A stretch of DNA of 64,000 bases from Chiloscyllium plagiosum (lineage: Eukaryota). This document shows positions 40,380-53,740 of this stretch, one piece after another (the stretch's first letter is position 1; the number at the start of each line of letters is the position of its first letter). Location: positions 45,362,717 to 45,426,716 of the forward strand of contig NC_057718.1 of the NCBI RefSeq assembly GCF_004010195.1, in the 5' to 3' direction. The position numbers and the translations under genes were made by a program. The notes under the pieces are model-generated. The model worked only from the letters and a program-made list of their open reading frames with translations. It made no database searches and had not been told where the DNA came from.

Positions 40380-40698
40380 GTAGCCAACAAAATCAAAGAC
40401 CTCTTCCACCCCGGTTGTAATCTCTTCCACCCTCTTCCATCTGGCAGAACATACAAAAGTTTGAAAACACGTAACAACAGATTCAAGAATAGCTTCTTCC
40501 CCATTGTTATCAGACTCTCATGCATTAGAGTCAATCTTTCTCTGCACCTCACTGTCGCTGTAACACTGTATTTTGCATTCTGTTCTCATTGCCCTGATGT
40601 ACTTTATGAAAGGTTTGATTTGTCTGGATAGAATGCAAAGCAAAACGTTTCACTGTATCATTGTACATGTCACAATGATAATTCAAATCAAATCAAAA
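40380..40698 (+). mobile_element. Rex1/Babar-type LINE 3' end
   Basis: HPGCNLFHPLPSGRTYKSLKTRNNRFKNSFFPIVIRL followed by a (TCAAA)n tail. Confidence 0.8.
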
Positions 40699-41834
40699 TA
40701 AGTGGGGACTGGGGAGAAAGCTCTCCATATCTGGCAAAGGAAAATCATTATGTTGTTGGAGATCAGTCATCTCATTCCTAGATATAACTGCAGGAGTTCC
40801 TCAGGGTAATATCCTGGATTCACCTCTTTCAGCTGCTTCATCAATGACTTTCCCACCATCCTAAAGTCAGAAGTAATTACGTTCACATGCTTTCAAATAT
40901 TGAAGATGTTTTTGTCTGTAGCAGCAAGTACCAGCAAACATTCAGGCTTGGACTAATAAGTGGCAAGTAACATTTGCACCATACAATGGCAGACACTGAT
41001 CAGTTCACGAGAGAATTTAGTCATCTCCTTTTGATGATCAGTGTATTGCCATCATTGAATCCCTTACCAATCATTATCATTTTCTTGGGGAATATCGTTG
41101 ACCAGAAACTGAACTTGCCATATAAATACAGTGTAGACTAAGAACACTGTAGCAACTGACTTGCCTCCTGTCTCACCAGTGCATGTCCATCAACACAATC
41201 CACAAGGCACAAGCCAGGAATATGATCAAATACTCTCCATTTGCCCGAATTGGAGCAGCTCCAACAACATTCAAGAAGCTCAATATCATCCTGAACAAAG
41301 CAGCCCATTTGACTGGCACCCCATTCAAAAACTTGAACATTCACTCCCTTCAGCACTGATGCACAGTGGCAATTGTGAGTACCATCTACAAGATGTACTG
41401 CCCATAACTCACCCAGGCTCCTTTGCCAGCATTTTGCAAACCTGTGACCTCTACCACAAAGAAAGACAAGAGCAGGAGATGCATAGGAATGCCACCACCT
41501 GCGAGTTTCTATCCATAAATCATCCTGACTTGGAACTATATTCCGGTCACTGGATCAAAATCCTGGAACTCTCTTCCTAACGACACTGCAGATGTAGTTA
41601 CACTGCAATGACTGCGGCAGTTCCGACAACCCACCCTATCTTCTCCAAGGCAATTAGCAATGCGCATTAAATGTTTGCCCAGCCAAAGATGCCCAAACCT
41701 CATGAATGAATTCGAAAAGGTTAAATGCTGCTTCAGCTAGAATGAGCATTGTGATGAAGTATACCTGTTAGCTTTCTTGAGTAAATGTGTTTGCAGTTTG
41801 AGGTGGTGCCCTGCTGCCTTTGTCCTTTTTCCAG

Positions 41835-42182
41835 AGGAGGTGATGGCCTAGTGGCATTATCACTAGATATTAATCCAGAGTGACCCAGGACATGTTCAGG
41901 GGAGTCGGATTCAAGTACTGCCATGGCAGATGATGAAAGTCAAATTCGATGAGAATCTGGAATTAAGACTCTATAATGGTGACCATGAAATCATTGTCCA
42001 TTGCTGTTTAATGACATCTGATGCACTAATGTCCTTTGGGAAAGGCAATCTGCCATCCTTACCTAGTCTGGCCTACATTTGACTCTAGACCCACAGCAAC
42101 CTGGTTGACTTTCAACTCCTCTCTGGGCAATCCATGATGCTATAAATGCAGAGATGCCCACAACCCATGAATGAATTTTTAA
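41835..42182 (+). mobile_element. tRNA-derived SINE
   Basis: Same family as 9412-9752. Confidence 0.75.
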
Positions 42183-44429
42183 AAATGTACAGGGACTTCT
42201 CTCCAGCTGACCTATTATTGACAAGAACAGGATCACCAACCAGTTTTCTTCCAGGTTATGGTGTGTGTTTACATGCATGATGCTTGCTATTGGAAGCTAA
42301 CCTGCCCCATACTTCAGGTCAATATTTCTTCATCTCGCAGTTGTCCAGTCACTTGGAGATTTGGAAGTGTAACGGAGGCTGCAACTTCTTTTTTCCCCTC
42401 CTCTCGCATATTGCACAATAATTTTACTTTTCAACACCTGAAGTTAAATGTAAAGTGAAATGAATTTTGATTAAAGGAAAAACTTGTACAAAGTGACTTC
42501 AATGATTCCCTCCTTTGAAGGTTTATTTATGCCCAGTCAGCAGTTTGAAGTGATATTAAAGCTGTAAAGTTAAAGAGCTGGTATCAGCAGACTAATGAAA
42601 GCTGGAACGCATGTTGTCCCACAGTGTAAGAGCGAAGAAGCCTCCCAGCTATGGATACATTCCGCAATTCCCATCCCCCACCTCTGTTTGCCTTATGAGG
42701 AGGAGGACGATGAGATCCATGTAATTACAGCTTTGTTCAGGCATGTTATCAGAACCTTGTCAATCATGTATGTAAACACTAACCAAGGACATCATCCTTA
42801 AACCAAGATTCTGATTAGCAGTTCAAACACCCAGCGCTTTGTTTGGGCTGTCTTGTGTACATTTTAAATACTTCACATTCAGTATGTTATAATGGCCACT
42901 TATTACTTTTATGAGTTTTTTTTTACTTTGTGTTTAAGGGATACTTGTTAATGTGTTCTAATCTGTGTCAAATGGCTATAGGCTCAGACATTTTAATGGT
43001 GGTGAAGTTTTCTATGTTTGCCACTATTACTCTGAAACTGACAACAACTCCTGGCGTATGCAGTTGTTCAATAAAATTTGGAAATCCAGAAGTTGTTGTC
43101 ATTAGTTCCTTGTTTTCCAACCGGGAAAACATTTTGACACCCTCCCAGATGGAGATCTTAGAAATCACTTATTTTGAAATGAACTTCACACATGCTGTTT
43201 GTCACCAAAATGCAAAGGAAAAGGTTAACATTTATTGAAACATACTGGAATTTTAACAGCATTATAAGTCATAATTATTTTTCAACAGCCTCTCTGGCCC
43301 TGAAAAAAACTGATTTTACACTGTGATGTGTCAAATATCCTCACTGTGACAAAAAAAATTGATTTTTAAAAAAACTTTACTTTGAAGTAGATGATATCTG
43401 TTTCCGTGTTAGTCCCATACATATGTCCCAGTCCTATGTTGCTACTTCTAAAATGATTAAAGAGTGAAGGATAATCAGTGCACTTCTACTTCCTGATCCT
43501 GAGCCCTCACCCTCTAACTACCCACCCAGCCCCCCGAAACACTGTTCATGAAATGAACTTAATGATAGAAAAGTTGAGATCCATGCCAGAGACATTGTTG
43601 GATTTTTGAGGGTTGGTGTCAACCTTGATCATAAGTTCTGGTTCTCAATTCATTTCTGTGTTCAGGGAATATTGTTGTTTAAGCGAATCAGTTGAAATAA
43701 GCACTAAAATAATATTACTTAAGTAGAAAAATTGGATGGTGTTAGTATCTAAGAACGGTGTAATTAAACTCAAATGATTCAGGAGTTTTAATAGATTTTA
43801 CCCTCAACATATGCAATGCTACAGAACAGAAATTAACAAAGAAATGAGTACAGGCCAAAGAATGGATATATTTATCAAAAGAAATTATGGACAAATCAAA
43901 TAACACTCTAGTTAAACTGTTCATATAGATATTCGTACATTGGAAGTAGTCCTGAGAATCATAATTGTAATTCCTATTGTCTGAGACATAGAATTTTTGT
44001 TTAATAGCAGAGAAAATGTGATTTAGGAGATTTTATAGAAGCATATAAGATGTTAAACAACAAAAAAGAGGTTGAAAACCCAAAAAAATGTGATTTTATG
44101 AAATTTTAATTAACAGTCATTAGTTAATATAAATAATCATGATATTTTTCAAATCTGGTAGATCGTCTTGACCTGAAATATTTCCACTGACCAGATGCTG
44201 ACCTGCTGAGTATTTCCAGCAGCTTTTCTTTTTATTTTGGAATTCCAACATCACCACTATTTGGCTTTTGGTCACCAAAGTCTCCTCCAGGTCCCACTAC
44301 CTTGTGGGACATCCTGCCTCACATGCTGAACAGCATGGATTGATAATTGGCCAGTTAAGTCATGTAAAGACCCATGGCAGAAATTCACAATCTTGAGTAG
44401 ACATCAAAATGAGCTGACAGAAGTGAAAA

Positions 44430-44610
44430 TTGCTATGCTCACAGAGGACCAAAGATGACTGGTTAAATATGAGGGCCACCACGCCTCAGGAAAGGTTGAG
44501 AATTTGGGCCTTCAAGGTGACCTCAGCTGGTGCAGAAACTGAACTGTGCTGTTGGGATCATTCAGTATTACAAACCAGCCAACCTGCCAACTGAAATAAC
44601 CAAATCCTCC
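44430..44610 (-). mobile_element. tRNA-derived SINE
   Basis: Reverse complement resembles 27767-27965. Confidence 0.6.
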
Positions 44611-45173
44611 ATCTTCATATTGCACATTTTAATTCTGCAGGGTTCCTTAGCAATGGTGTCCTTTTGAATGCTTTCTCCTTTTGATGCAATAAACAGTCAC
44701 AAAGATGAAATTCTGTTCGAATGCATCCTGAATTTGGCATCCTTTAGATTCATAGAATCCCTACAGTGCAAATAGAAGCAATTTGGCCCATCATGTCTAC
44801 ACCGACCCTCTGAAGACCAACTAAAATACCCTGCTCGAAGCAAAATCAGCAAACTTCCCTTAACCTTTCATCTTACTCTATTTCCTCTCAGATGCACACA
44901 CCCCACCTTAAATCCTACCGCTTCCTATGGCTTTGAATTGGATGAAGACAGTGCCTCATTTAGCTTTTAGCAGAGGTTAGCTGATATATATGGCTGGAAA
45001 TTTCATGCAATATATGATTTGTTAAAATGAAAAGCTATCACCTATTATTCAATAATTTCTGAATATACTAATAGACAATACAGTGCAGTTTTGTGTATAA
45101 ATAATGGAAGAATAACTGAGAGAAATTGTGCTGGCTTAAGTCTTGGATTTCAGTAAATGGAAGGCAGTGCTGC

Positions 45174-45310
45174 ATTCTGACAAAGGGTCACTGGACTCGA
45201 AACATTAACTGTGGTTGTTCTTTCTACAGATGGTGCCAGACCAGTTGAGTGTCTCCAGCACTTTGTTTTTGTTTCAGATTTCCAGGAACCACAGTTCTTT
45301 GTTTTATTTT
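45174..45310 (+). mobile_element. PLE 3' fragment with variant hammerhead
   Basis: CUGACAA-A-GGGUC-ACUG-GACUC-GAAA-CAUUA; core G8 position is A. Confidence 0.65.
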
Positions 45311-45548
45311 TGCGTAACTAACACATGGACTGACAATCCTGCAACTTGGTAGTATTTGTATTGTAATTGTTCTGTATTTTTTAAAAAATGAATGTGTTAG
45401 TGCCACACTATGGTATGTAAAGTAATTCTTAGTGATAACAATCAGTGAAAGCACATTTCTAAAGGAACAATAGTGTTTAGCAACAACATGTTACAGCATA
45501 AGGTGGCTCTTTGTTTGGTCTTGGCAAGCAACCATCAACATAACTGTA

Positions 45549-45754
45549 CAGTCGGTTCTGATATAACGCGATAGTCCCATGCGTTATAAGAAAGTCGTGC
45601 AATAGCCACACCATTTAAACTAATGGAGCCGGAATTGCATTATAGCCAATACAGGTAAAGAAAGTTCATATTCTATAAATAACAATCTAAATTCTTCAAT
45701 CATGTTTAAAGCCAATTCGCATTGAAGAAACACACTTTATAGCAGAACTGACTG
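45549..45754. mobile_element. Tigger/pogo-like MITE (second family)
   Basis: TA flanks; TIR cagtcggttctgatataa / ttatagcagaactgactg. Confidence 0.85.
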
Positions 45755-46641
45755 TATCTCCGTGTAAATGGTCTCACTGTTTAAAAATTAGATCTGAACA
45801 TTGGACTTATTACAAATATTAGTGTAGCTTTGTGGAGAAAATATCTTTCTTCCAATATTGTTTTAAAACTTGTTTGGTGGTAAATATTTATTGACAACCG
45901 GAGTCCATTTGTTTATCCAATATCCTCAGGTAATAAACCTTTATATTAACATGTGGAAAACAGCATTTTTGTCCCCCTTTGATGTTCCTCCTAATTGTTG
46001 AGAAATTCTTTTGAAGCAGGTGACTTGTGCTCAGGCTAGCAATGGTCTGCTACCTTGACAAAGTTGATTGATTTATTTACTTGTTGTCATGTGTATCGAA
46101 GTACAGTGAAAAACTTTGTTCACAAGACAGACAGGTCATAGTAAGCAAGGATGTACAGCTCTTCAGGCATTGTTCATGCTTGGAATACCATTTAATTGTA
46201 TGTGTTGGGAAATGAGGTTGAAATTAACATTGAGCTAAATATCCCCTTGTCCATTTCTCTCTATAAAGTTTACATGTTCCTGCACATATAAAGTTCACAA
46301 GCGGGAGCCCCATGTCTTTCTTCCTCCAATAAATGCCACTTGTGTTGAAACACATGTTAAGGTCAGTTTCCCAAAATAACTGAGTTTAAAAGTACCTTGA
46401 TTGCTCATTTCTTTGCATTGCAGACTGAACCACATGGAAACTCTTAAATGCACACAGTTTCCTTGCTTTATTCTTTGCTGGTTTTCATTACGAATCTATT
46501 GGTCTCCACAACCAAGAGTTGTCCAAAGTAAAATTGCAAATTGTCGCGTGTCTAATTTTGTATTTAGGAGATGGTATTTAATTTACGCAATAAAATGGGT
46601 CGATACCACTTTATGAAAATGTTCTCTATTCATTATTTTAG

Positions 46642-46739
46642 GTATCAGTATTACCTGCAAGTAAAGAAAGATGTGCTTGATGGACGGCTTCCTTGTACAT
46701 TAGAGCAAGGCATTCGGCTAGCTGGTTTAGCTGTGCAAG
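46642..46739 (+). CDS. PTPN14: PTPN14 internal coding exon, FERM domain (98 bp)
   Basis: Acceptor cattattttag, donor g|gtaagt. (R)[32 protein letters not shown](A); the first G completes the AG codon left by the previous exon. Confidence 0.95.
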
Positions 46740-48224
46740 GTAAGTGTACAATGGCAGAGTCTTTGTCTTTCTGTTTATGCTGCTCTGGGAAACTGTTGCT
46801 CTTGTGTATACTCTGAACTTTAGTCACACAGCAAGGCAAATGTGACTTTGATATCTGTGAATGTAGTCACAGGACTTCTTTTAACTCAGGACCACCATCA
46901 CCTTGAAAACCAGTTCAGGTGATGAACTCTCAGTGAAACAAATTACTTTGTAAGAGCTAGAACTGACACACTGTTCCAAAGACTAGTGTTTGTTATTATA
47001 TACTCCATTTATTGGTACAAGACCAGCCATTGAATAAATGATCAATAACACAACATTATGGACCACATGGGCTGGATTAATTGCTGGCGGACTTCCAGAA
47101 GGACATCCTAGCTACCAGTTGGAGGTCAGCAGCTCTCTGCTACATGTCTCAGTAACCGTGACTTGGAATGGTAAGATGCCTGGAAGGAGGAAGAAACATG
47201 GTTGCCCCCACTCAAGGAAAATCCCAGGTTGTGATGTGGGCAGATGAGCAGATACCAGCGAGGGTCTTGTTGATGGGGTGGGAGGACGGTGGTGGGCAAG
47301 GAAAACCTGTTGGGGAAAGGTCTCAGATTGACACAAGGGACCCAGGAAGGAGATAACCCCCCACCCCTTGCACTGATCAGCATCTTGCAGGGTTAACCTA
47401 GCTGGCTGTACGTTGGACACCAACCTTTCATGTCACGTGTTAATTCTGGGTTGTGTCAGAAAAAGGCCCTTAGGTGGCCACTAACTGAACCAATTGGAGC
47501 CTCAATTCAGACTTGGGTGAATGAGCAGCAGACTTTCCAAATTTATGGGTTTGGATAGCTCGTAAAATTCACTTCACCTTCTGGATGCTTGATTTTTTTC
47601 CCTAGTGTGCATTCTTCCTGTGTATACCTCTGCTGTAAATGGTGGCAGTCTGCTGTAGTAGAGGCATTCACTCTACTCAGCATACCTATGGGTACAGTCA
47701 CATATATGTTTTCCTGTTTCTAGTTCCCTTTCAGTAAATATTGAAGGGAAATTTGGGTTAATTTTCTTACTTCCTAGCTCAGTCACTCTATACATTTATA
47801 CTGCCATGTTTACACTTGGCCTATACCAAGAATCAAATCTCAGATTCACTTCCTGTGGAAACATATTTATTAAACAATCTACCTCCCACATTTGTGACTT
47901 CAGGAGGAATGTGGGATGTTGTCCACTATAAATGTTGATGAAAACTTCATCTAAAACCTGCAGGTACTTTTACATTTCTAAAGCAATCCTGAGAGGTTTC
48001 TGCCATCAATTGTCCTATTCAATGTGGCTTTGTTCTTCAATTTTTTTTGAAGATGTATTGAGATTTAGTTCTGTTGGTGGACATAAACAAGCAGCTTCAA
48101 TCATATATCAGTTCTGGCATTGCCATTTTCCTGGAAATAAATCTAGACAAGTCGGTGTGGATTTGTTGGGCCGAATGTCCTGTTTGCACACTGTAGAGAT
48201 TCAGTGATTCTATCTGTATAAAAA

Positions 48225-48352
48225 TTCTGAAGAAGAGTCATGGTAGACTCAGAGTCTCTGTCTTTCTCAACAGGTGCTGCCATATTCACTCAACTCCTCC
48301 TCTGCCTTCTGTATTTTTATTTCAGATCGCCAGTATCTGTAGTATTTTTTTG
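48225..48352 (+). mobile_element. PLE 3' fragment with truncated hammerhead
   Basis: CUGAAGA-A-GAGUC-AUGGUA-GACUC with GAAA lost; tail resembles 45230-45310. Confidence 0.6.
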
Positions 48353-48854
48353 TCAAGGTAAAAGTGTTTGCATGTTTGGCAGATCCTTCTCTTCCTCCAT
48401 ATTGGCACATTACCATGAATTGCGGCATTTGTCCCTTCATAAATTTCTACGCTTTCAGTTCTTTGAAGCATTGAGTGACCACACTTGCATTCTTAAAGGC
48501 TGCTCTGTTTTACTAGCCTGCTACTGTTTTTCATTTCGAGCATCAGTAGTTTGTCCTCATCCTAGAGAAGAGGCTTCCTCATTCTTTAGAGAACAGTAAA
48601 ATCTTTATTTACATGTAGATATACATATCACTGGATATAGCTCTCTAGTACAGTGCTTCAGTGCTGCTCTATTACATGCTTCACTCTTCCCTGCTCTCTC
48701 CTGCTCTTCTGATCTCAGTATTATGACAACTTACATCATCACTATTAGCATAATCACATCTAATTATATTACACTACTGTCCACGGACAGTTACTGTTCA
48801 GGCTATCTGAAATAGAAGGGATATTCTGGTGAAATAGTAAGAGTATAAAAAAAG

Positions 48855-50445
48855 GGTGCTGACTCAGTGTTAATGTCACTGGTCAAGTAATCCATATCCC
48901 CCTTCTAATGCTCTTGGAACGTTAGGCATGCTGGTCTTATTTCTACTGCAGTTTAGAATAGTGAGGGGTGACTTGATTGAAGACTATAAATTTCCGAAAG
49001 ATCTTGGCGAAGTAAGTGTGGATAGATCCAGAGCTAGACGACACTATTTTGAGTTAGCGGTCATCCTTGTAGATGTATGAGTTTGGAATTCTTTGCCTTT
49101 GAAGGCAGTGGAGCGGAATCACTGAATATTTTTAAGAACTGGATAGATATATTCTTGTTAAGTAGTGGAATCAAAAGTTATCAGGATAGATGTGGATGTG
49201 GAAATGCAAAACACAAACCGATCAACCATGATCTTATTAAATGGAAGAGCAGGGTTGAGAGGGTAAATGCCTACTTCTGTTCCTACTTTGTATGATTGTG
49301 TGGGTTTGAATCCCATCATGGCAGATAGTGAAATTTTAATTCAATTAAAATTTGGAGATAAAAGCTCTATAAACGGTGACCATGTAATCATTGTTTAAAA
49401 AGCTAAATGCTTTATTAATGCCTTTCAGAGAAGGAAATCTGGTGTCCTTTCTTGGTCTGGCCTACATGTGAGTTGAGACCCATACAAACATGATTGACTC
49501 TTTTGAGTTGAATAGCCTTTACTGTCACATGCACTCAATGAGTGCAGTGAAAAGTGTATAATGTTGCCTCGCAGCGCCATCTCTGGTACAGTGTACCAAG
49601 GTATTTGATAGTTTAAGTTGTTACAGAGGTACAGAGTAAAAAATAAATAACGTAGCTGAGCATGGGCAGTGCGTTTAAAAGTCAAGAATGATAATAAAGA
49701 AACTATAAAGGACGTAAGTTTTAGAAGTTCTAGTCTCTTCCAACGTAAGTCTGTGTCCAGCTGGCTGCCAAACATGAGGCAATACCACCTTCACTTGCTG
49801 TCTATCCAAACTCTAACTCGTCCCGCTGCTGCCGGGACCTCAGCCCATGACGGCCTGCTGCTGCTGGGACTCCATGCTGCCAAGATGTCGGCCCATGATG
49901 GCCTAGTGCCACCGGGACTCCGTGCTGCCACTGGTACCTTGGCTGGGGATAGCCTGCTGCTGCCAGGACTCCATGCTGCCACCGGGACTCTGTGCTGCTG
50001 CCAGGACCTCAGCCGGTGATGGCCTGCTGCTGCCGGGACCTCAGCCCTTGATTGCCTGAAGATAATGTGGGTCACGGCCTGCTGACCACCTGCTCAGTGT
50101 TCGGCCGCAGCTCGTTGTCCAGCCCATTCTCTCCATTGACTGCTGCTGCCTCACCAGCCCACTTTTGCTGCTGAACTGGCCCACTCTTGATTCATTGCTG
50201 TCACTCCAAACCACGTTTGGTCCACTGTCGCTGCAGGACACAACCCACGATGCGTTTCCCAGTTGCACCCCGATTCCTTAGGTCGGGGATAGTTCAAAAG
50301 TGGGGGCAGTGAGGGAAACAAAATTTGAGAAGAGAGAAGAAGGAAAAGGAAGGGAACTGGGGAGCAGAGTGGAGCTCCAAATGGAGTGACTTACCTGCTG
50401 CCTTCTTAGCACCACCATGAAATGGTCTCGCAAGCAACTCAGGTG
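48855..50445. mobile_element. Nested cluster: SINE split by a CR1 fragment (about 48921-49295) and a ~900 bp GC-rich element (about 49513-50420)
   Basis: SINE pieces at 48855-48920, 49296-49505 and 50421-50445 join into the 9412/35340 family. Confidence 0.65.
49825..50047 (+). repeat. GC-rich degenerate minisatellite
   Basis: Recurring gctgctgccgggacctcagcc and ggcctgctgctgcc...gggactccatgctgcc units. Confidence 0.8.
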
Positions 50446-50519
50446 AGATTGGTATCAAAGCAGGATTTGACCAAATAGGGTTTCAAGGAGCCCGAGCAAA
50501 CTAAGTTCTGTCGAAATCA

Positions 50520-51560
50520 AAGAGAAAACCCAGCTGTTTGGAGTTGTACCTGACACATAGGAAATTGATTGTGGTTGTAAGCAGGTTATCATCTCAGTCC
50601 AAGGACATCAGAAAAAGATAATGTCCTAAGCCCAATTATCACCAGCTGCTTAATGACTGACCTTCCTTCCATCTTAAAATCAGAAGTAGGACTGGTGTTG
50701 ATATTTACAAAGTTCTGAACCATTCATGACATCTCCGATACTTAAGCTGCCTGTCTCCTTATGCAGCAAGACCTGGAAAGCATCCAGGTGTGTGCTGATA
50801 AATAATGTTACCTGGCTCTTGTATGAGTGAATATCTATCTCCAATAAAAGAGAATCTAAGCATAATTGAATGCATTATTGTCACTAAATGCCCCTATCAA
50901 CGTTCTGGGAGTTCCCATTAACCAGAAACTGTAAATACCATGGCTACAAGGTCAGGTCAGAGACTAGGAATTCTGCAATGAATAACTCGCCATCTGTTTG
51001 CCAAAGCTTGTCGACCATCTGCAAAGTACAAGTCAGGAGTGTGATGGAATACTTTTCACTTGGCAGGGTGGGTGCACTTCTAGCAATGCTGATGAAGCTC
51101 AGAATGGACACCATTCAGAACAAAGCAGACTATTTGATTGGCACACTGACCACCATCTTTAACATTCACTTCCTTCACCACCGATGCACAGTGGTAGTCA
51201 TGCATGCCACCAACAAAATGCACTGCAGCAACTCAGCAAGGCCCCTTTGACAGTACCTTTGAAACCCACAACACTTACAACCTAGAAGGGCAAATGTAAC
51301 AAATGCACATCAAATGCACATCAATACCACCTGGGTGTTCTCTTTAAAGTTACACACCATCCTGATTTGGAGCTGTCACTGTTCCTTCATTGTTCCTTGT
51401 TCAAACTCCTGAAAATCCCTTCCTAACAACTGTGTGCATGTCTCTATCACCCAAAGACTGCAGTGATTTCAGAATGCAACTCACCAATACATTCATTGGT
51501 GGCAATTAGAGGGAGACCAAAAATGCTGTGCAAAGCAGCAATGCTCATATCACATATCCA
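50520..51560 (+). mobile_element. CR1/L2-clade LINE 3' part
   Basis: LSTICKVQVRSVMEYFSL...DTIQNKADYLIG; same family as 39010-41715. Confidence 0.8.
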
Positions 51561-53029
51561 ATTTTAAAAATTCTGAAAGAAACCTCCAACTTGTGTACAA
51601 AGTATGTTTTTTCAGGGTTTCCTTATTCTGTGCCATAAATCAATAATTAGACTTTAGCTGTACTAAATTTCAAGGAAGAGATTTTGTGGTTAAAGGAATA
51701 CATTGACTGGACACAAACATTTTTGCCCAGATTTTCCAATGAAATTGGCGACGGCAGATAATAGATCATTTTTGGAAAGTTTATTTTGCCACAGAATCTT
51801 GCAACCAGTAAAAGTGTATTGGATAATCAGAATTACAGTTTTAGCCTTATTCAAATCTGTTCTTGCATGTGGCAGGGATTTGTACTGACAAGGAAATCAT
51901 GCAAAATTACTCTTGTAGATTGATATCTGATATAAATTATATTAGGCCATAGCCATTGCTTTTTCCAAGCTTATGAGGTGGAACATGTGGTGAATAAGCC
52001 AAACAGTGTTTACAATCCCTTGAATTTACAAGTGCCTTTTTGAGGGATGAAATCCAATTGTAATGAATTGAATTCCTGGCACCTACAAAGTGTGAAACTG
52101 GTGTGTAGGTGTGAAGAGACTCTGGAATGTGCACTGCAGCTGTGTTGAGTCTTAGGAAATTTCAGAATCTGGTTTATTGGTTGTGGAACAAGAGCTGCAT
52201 TTGTTAAGATGGTTTATATGAGGCTATTTTGCAGAATATATTTGAAGATGTGGTAAAATGTAAGCAGTAATAAACCAGTTTTAGATTCAGTATGTTTAAA
52301 CACTTAAAGTTACCAGTGTTCCCGACAAAGTTGATGGACTTGCTGCTGGAGTGTAATTGTGACAGCATTTTAGTCAGACATGCTAATATTATTAGAAAGC
52401 ACCAATTTCAATGGGAAATGTCTTATCCATACCATGAATAAATCTATTACAAGTGTATAGTTACTTAACAAACATCGAGCACCATGCAGTGCAAATCTTC
52501 GCAGCCATTCTCTTTCACCAAAGATTAGAATTCCACATTAATTGATTAGGCACAGTATATCTTAATAAAGCTTCTAAATTTGTGTCCAATAATTTTGAGC
52601 AGCACATTGACTTATCAGAGTAAGCACTAAGATTGTTGATTTTACATTTGCCCTTATTCTGCTATGCAAATGCAACTGGATGGTCTGAGTCCTTTGCTCT
52701 GTCTTGTTGGTATTGCTCTTTATTGTTTGGACATGCTTTCCTCTGCTGCCTTGGTACAGTTATTCAAATTAGTTGAGCTGACTATGATAACTGCTCCCCT
52801 TTCTCAACAAAGTTGCGGGTGTTTGCATGATGAATTTTCAATGATGTTGCATACTATTTTAGCAGGTGGCCAATAAGCAGTAACCAAAGAAAGCACGTCC
52901 ACATAGTAATCATCTTGCTGAATGAACAAATATACAAAAGCACATGTATCATGTATATATGGCTGTGAAGATGACATGCTTGATGACTTTGTCACTTTTA
53001 CACATTCGAATCCTTTGGCAGCCCCTCAG

Positions 53030-53740
53030 AGTTAAGAATGACGTACTTCCACTGCAGGGATGGCAGTTCTGCGATCGCTGATTAGTCCAATCCTAGAGAC
53101 ACAGATTCTACCGCAGGTACTGATTGAGGAGGCGGGTGAGTGGGATACTCTGGATTCAGCACAATCTTTCCGCTGCTTCTGTTTGACCTCCACTCGATGC
53201 CGTTCGAAGTAGTTGGCAGCTTTATGGATGCTTCTCCAATTCATGCACTCTAGGGCAAGTGATTCTCAATGTATAAGTGGGAATGTTGCATTTGCACAGG
53301 GATGCTGTCAGGGTGTCCTTGTAATGTTTCCTCTGTCCTTCTCATGATTGCTTGCCATTGTGGAGTTTGGAGTGGAGCATTTGTTTAGGGAGTCTTATGT
53401 TGGGCGTGCAAACAGTGTGGCCCGACCATCACAGTTGGTCATGGGCGACTAGTGCTTCTTTACTGAATATTTTGGCCTGGGAGAGGATGCTCATCTTGGT
53501 ACACCTATCCTGTCAGTGGATTTGTAGGATTTAACAAAGGCACTGCTGGTGATACCTCTCCAGAGATTTAATGTGTCTGCTGTACATGGTCCAGGTTTCT
53601 GATATATACAGGAGGCTGCTCTGTCAACCATGAACTTGGTTCTGGGTTTGAGGTCTCAGAATTTGGACACTGTTCCTCATATGTCCAACAGTTGCACTGG
53701 TGCATTGAAGTCAATATTGGATTCCATCATCAATGTCACA
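53030..53740 (-). mobile_element. RTE-clade LINE 3' fragment
   Basis: C-terminal TCGRICVSRIGLISDRRT is a decayed RTE-type zinc finger; upstream RT-tail remnants. Confidence 0.8.

Larger units (their letters stand above)
39010..41715 (+). mobile_element. CR1/L2-clade LINE with two nested insertions
   Basis: RT remnants gcatttgacatcatggcagca, gcaggagttcctcagggt (AGVPQG), ttcatcaatgac (FIND); tail gatgcccaaacctcatgaatgaa. Confidence 0.8.

Noticed and set aside
46571..46816. 81 aa ORF as a standalone gene
   Set aside because: Read-through of the 98 bp PTPN14 exon into flanking intron; the same applies to 57107-57316.
49825..50047. Repeat array as CRISPR-like or as a repetitive protein
   Set aside because: Degenerate units with no unique spacers, eukaryotic context, and no splice or protein-family support.
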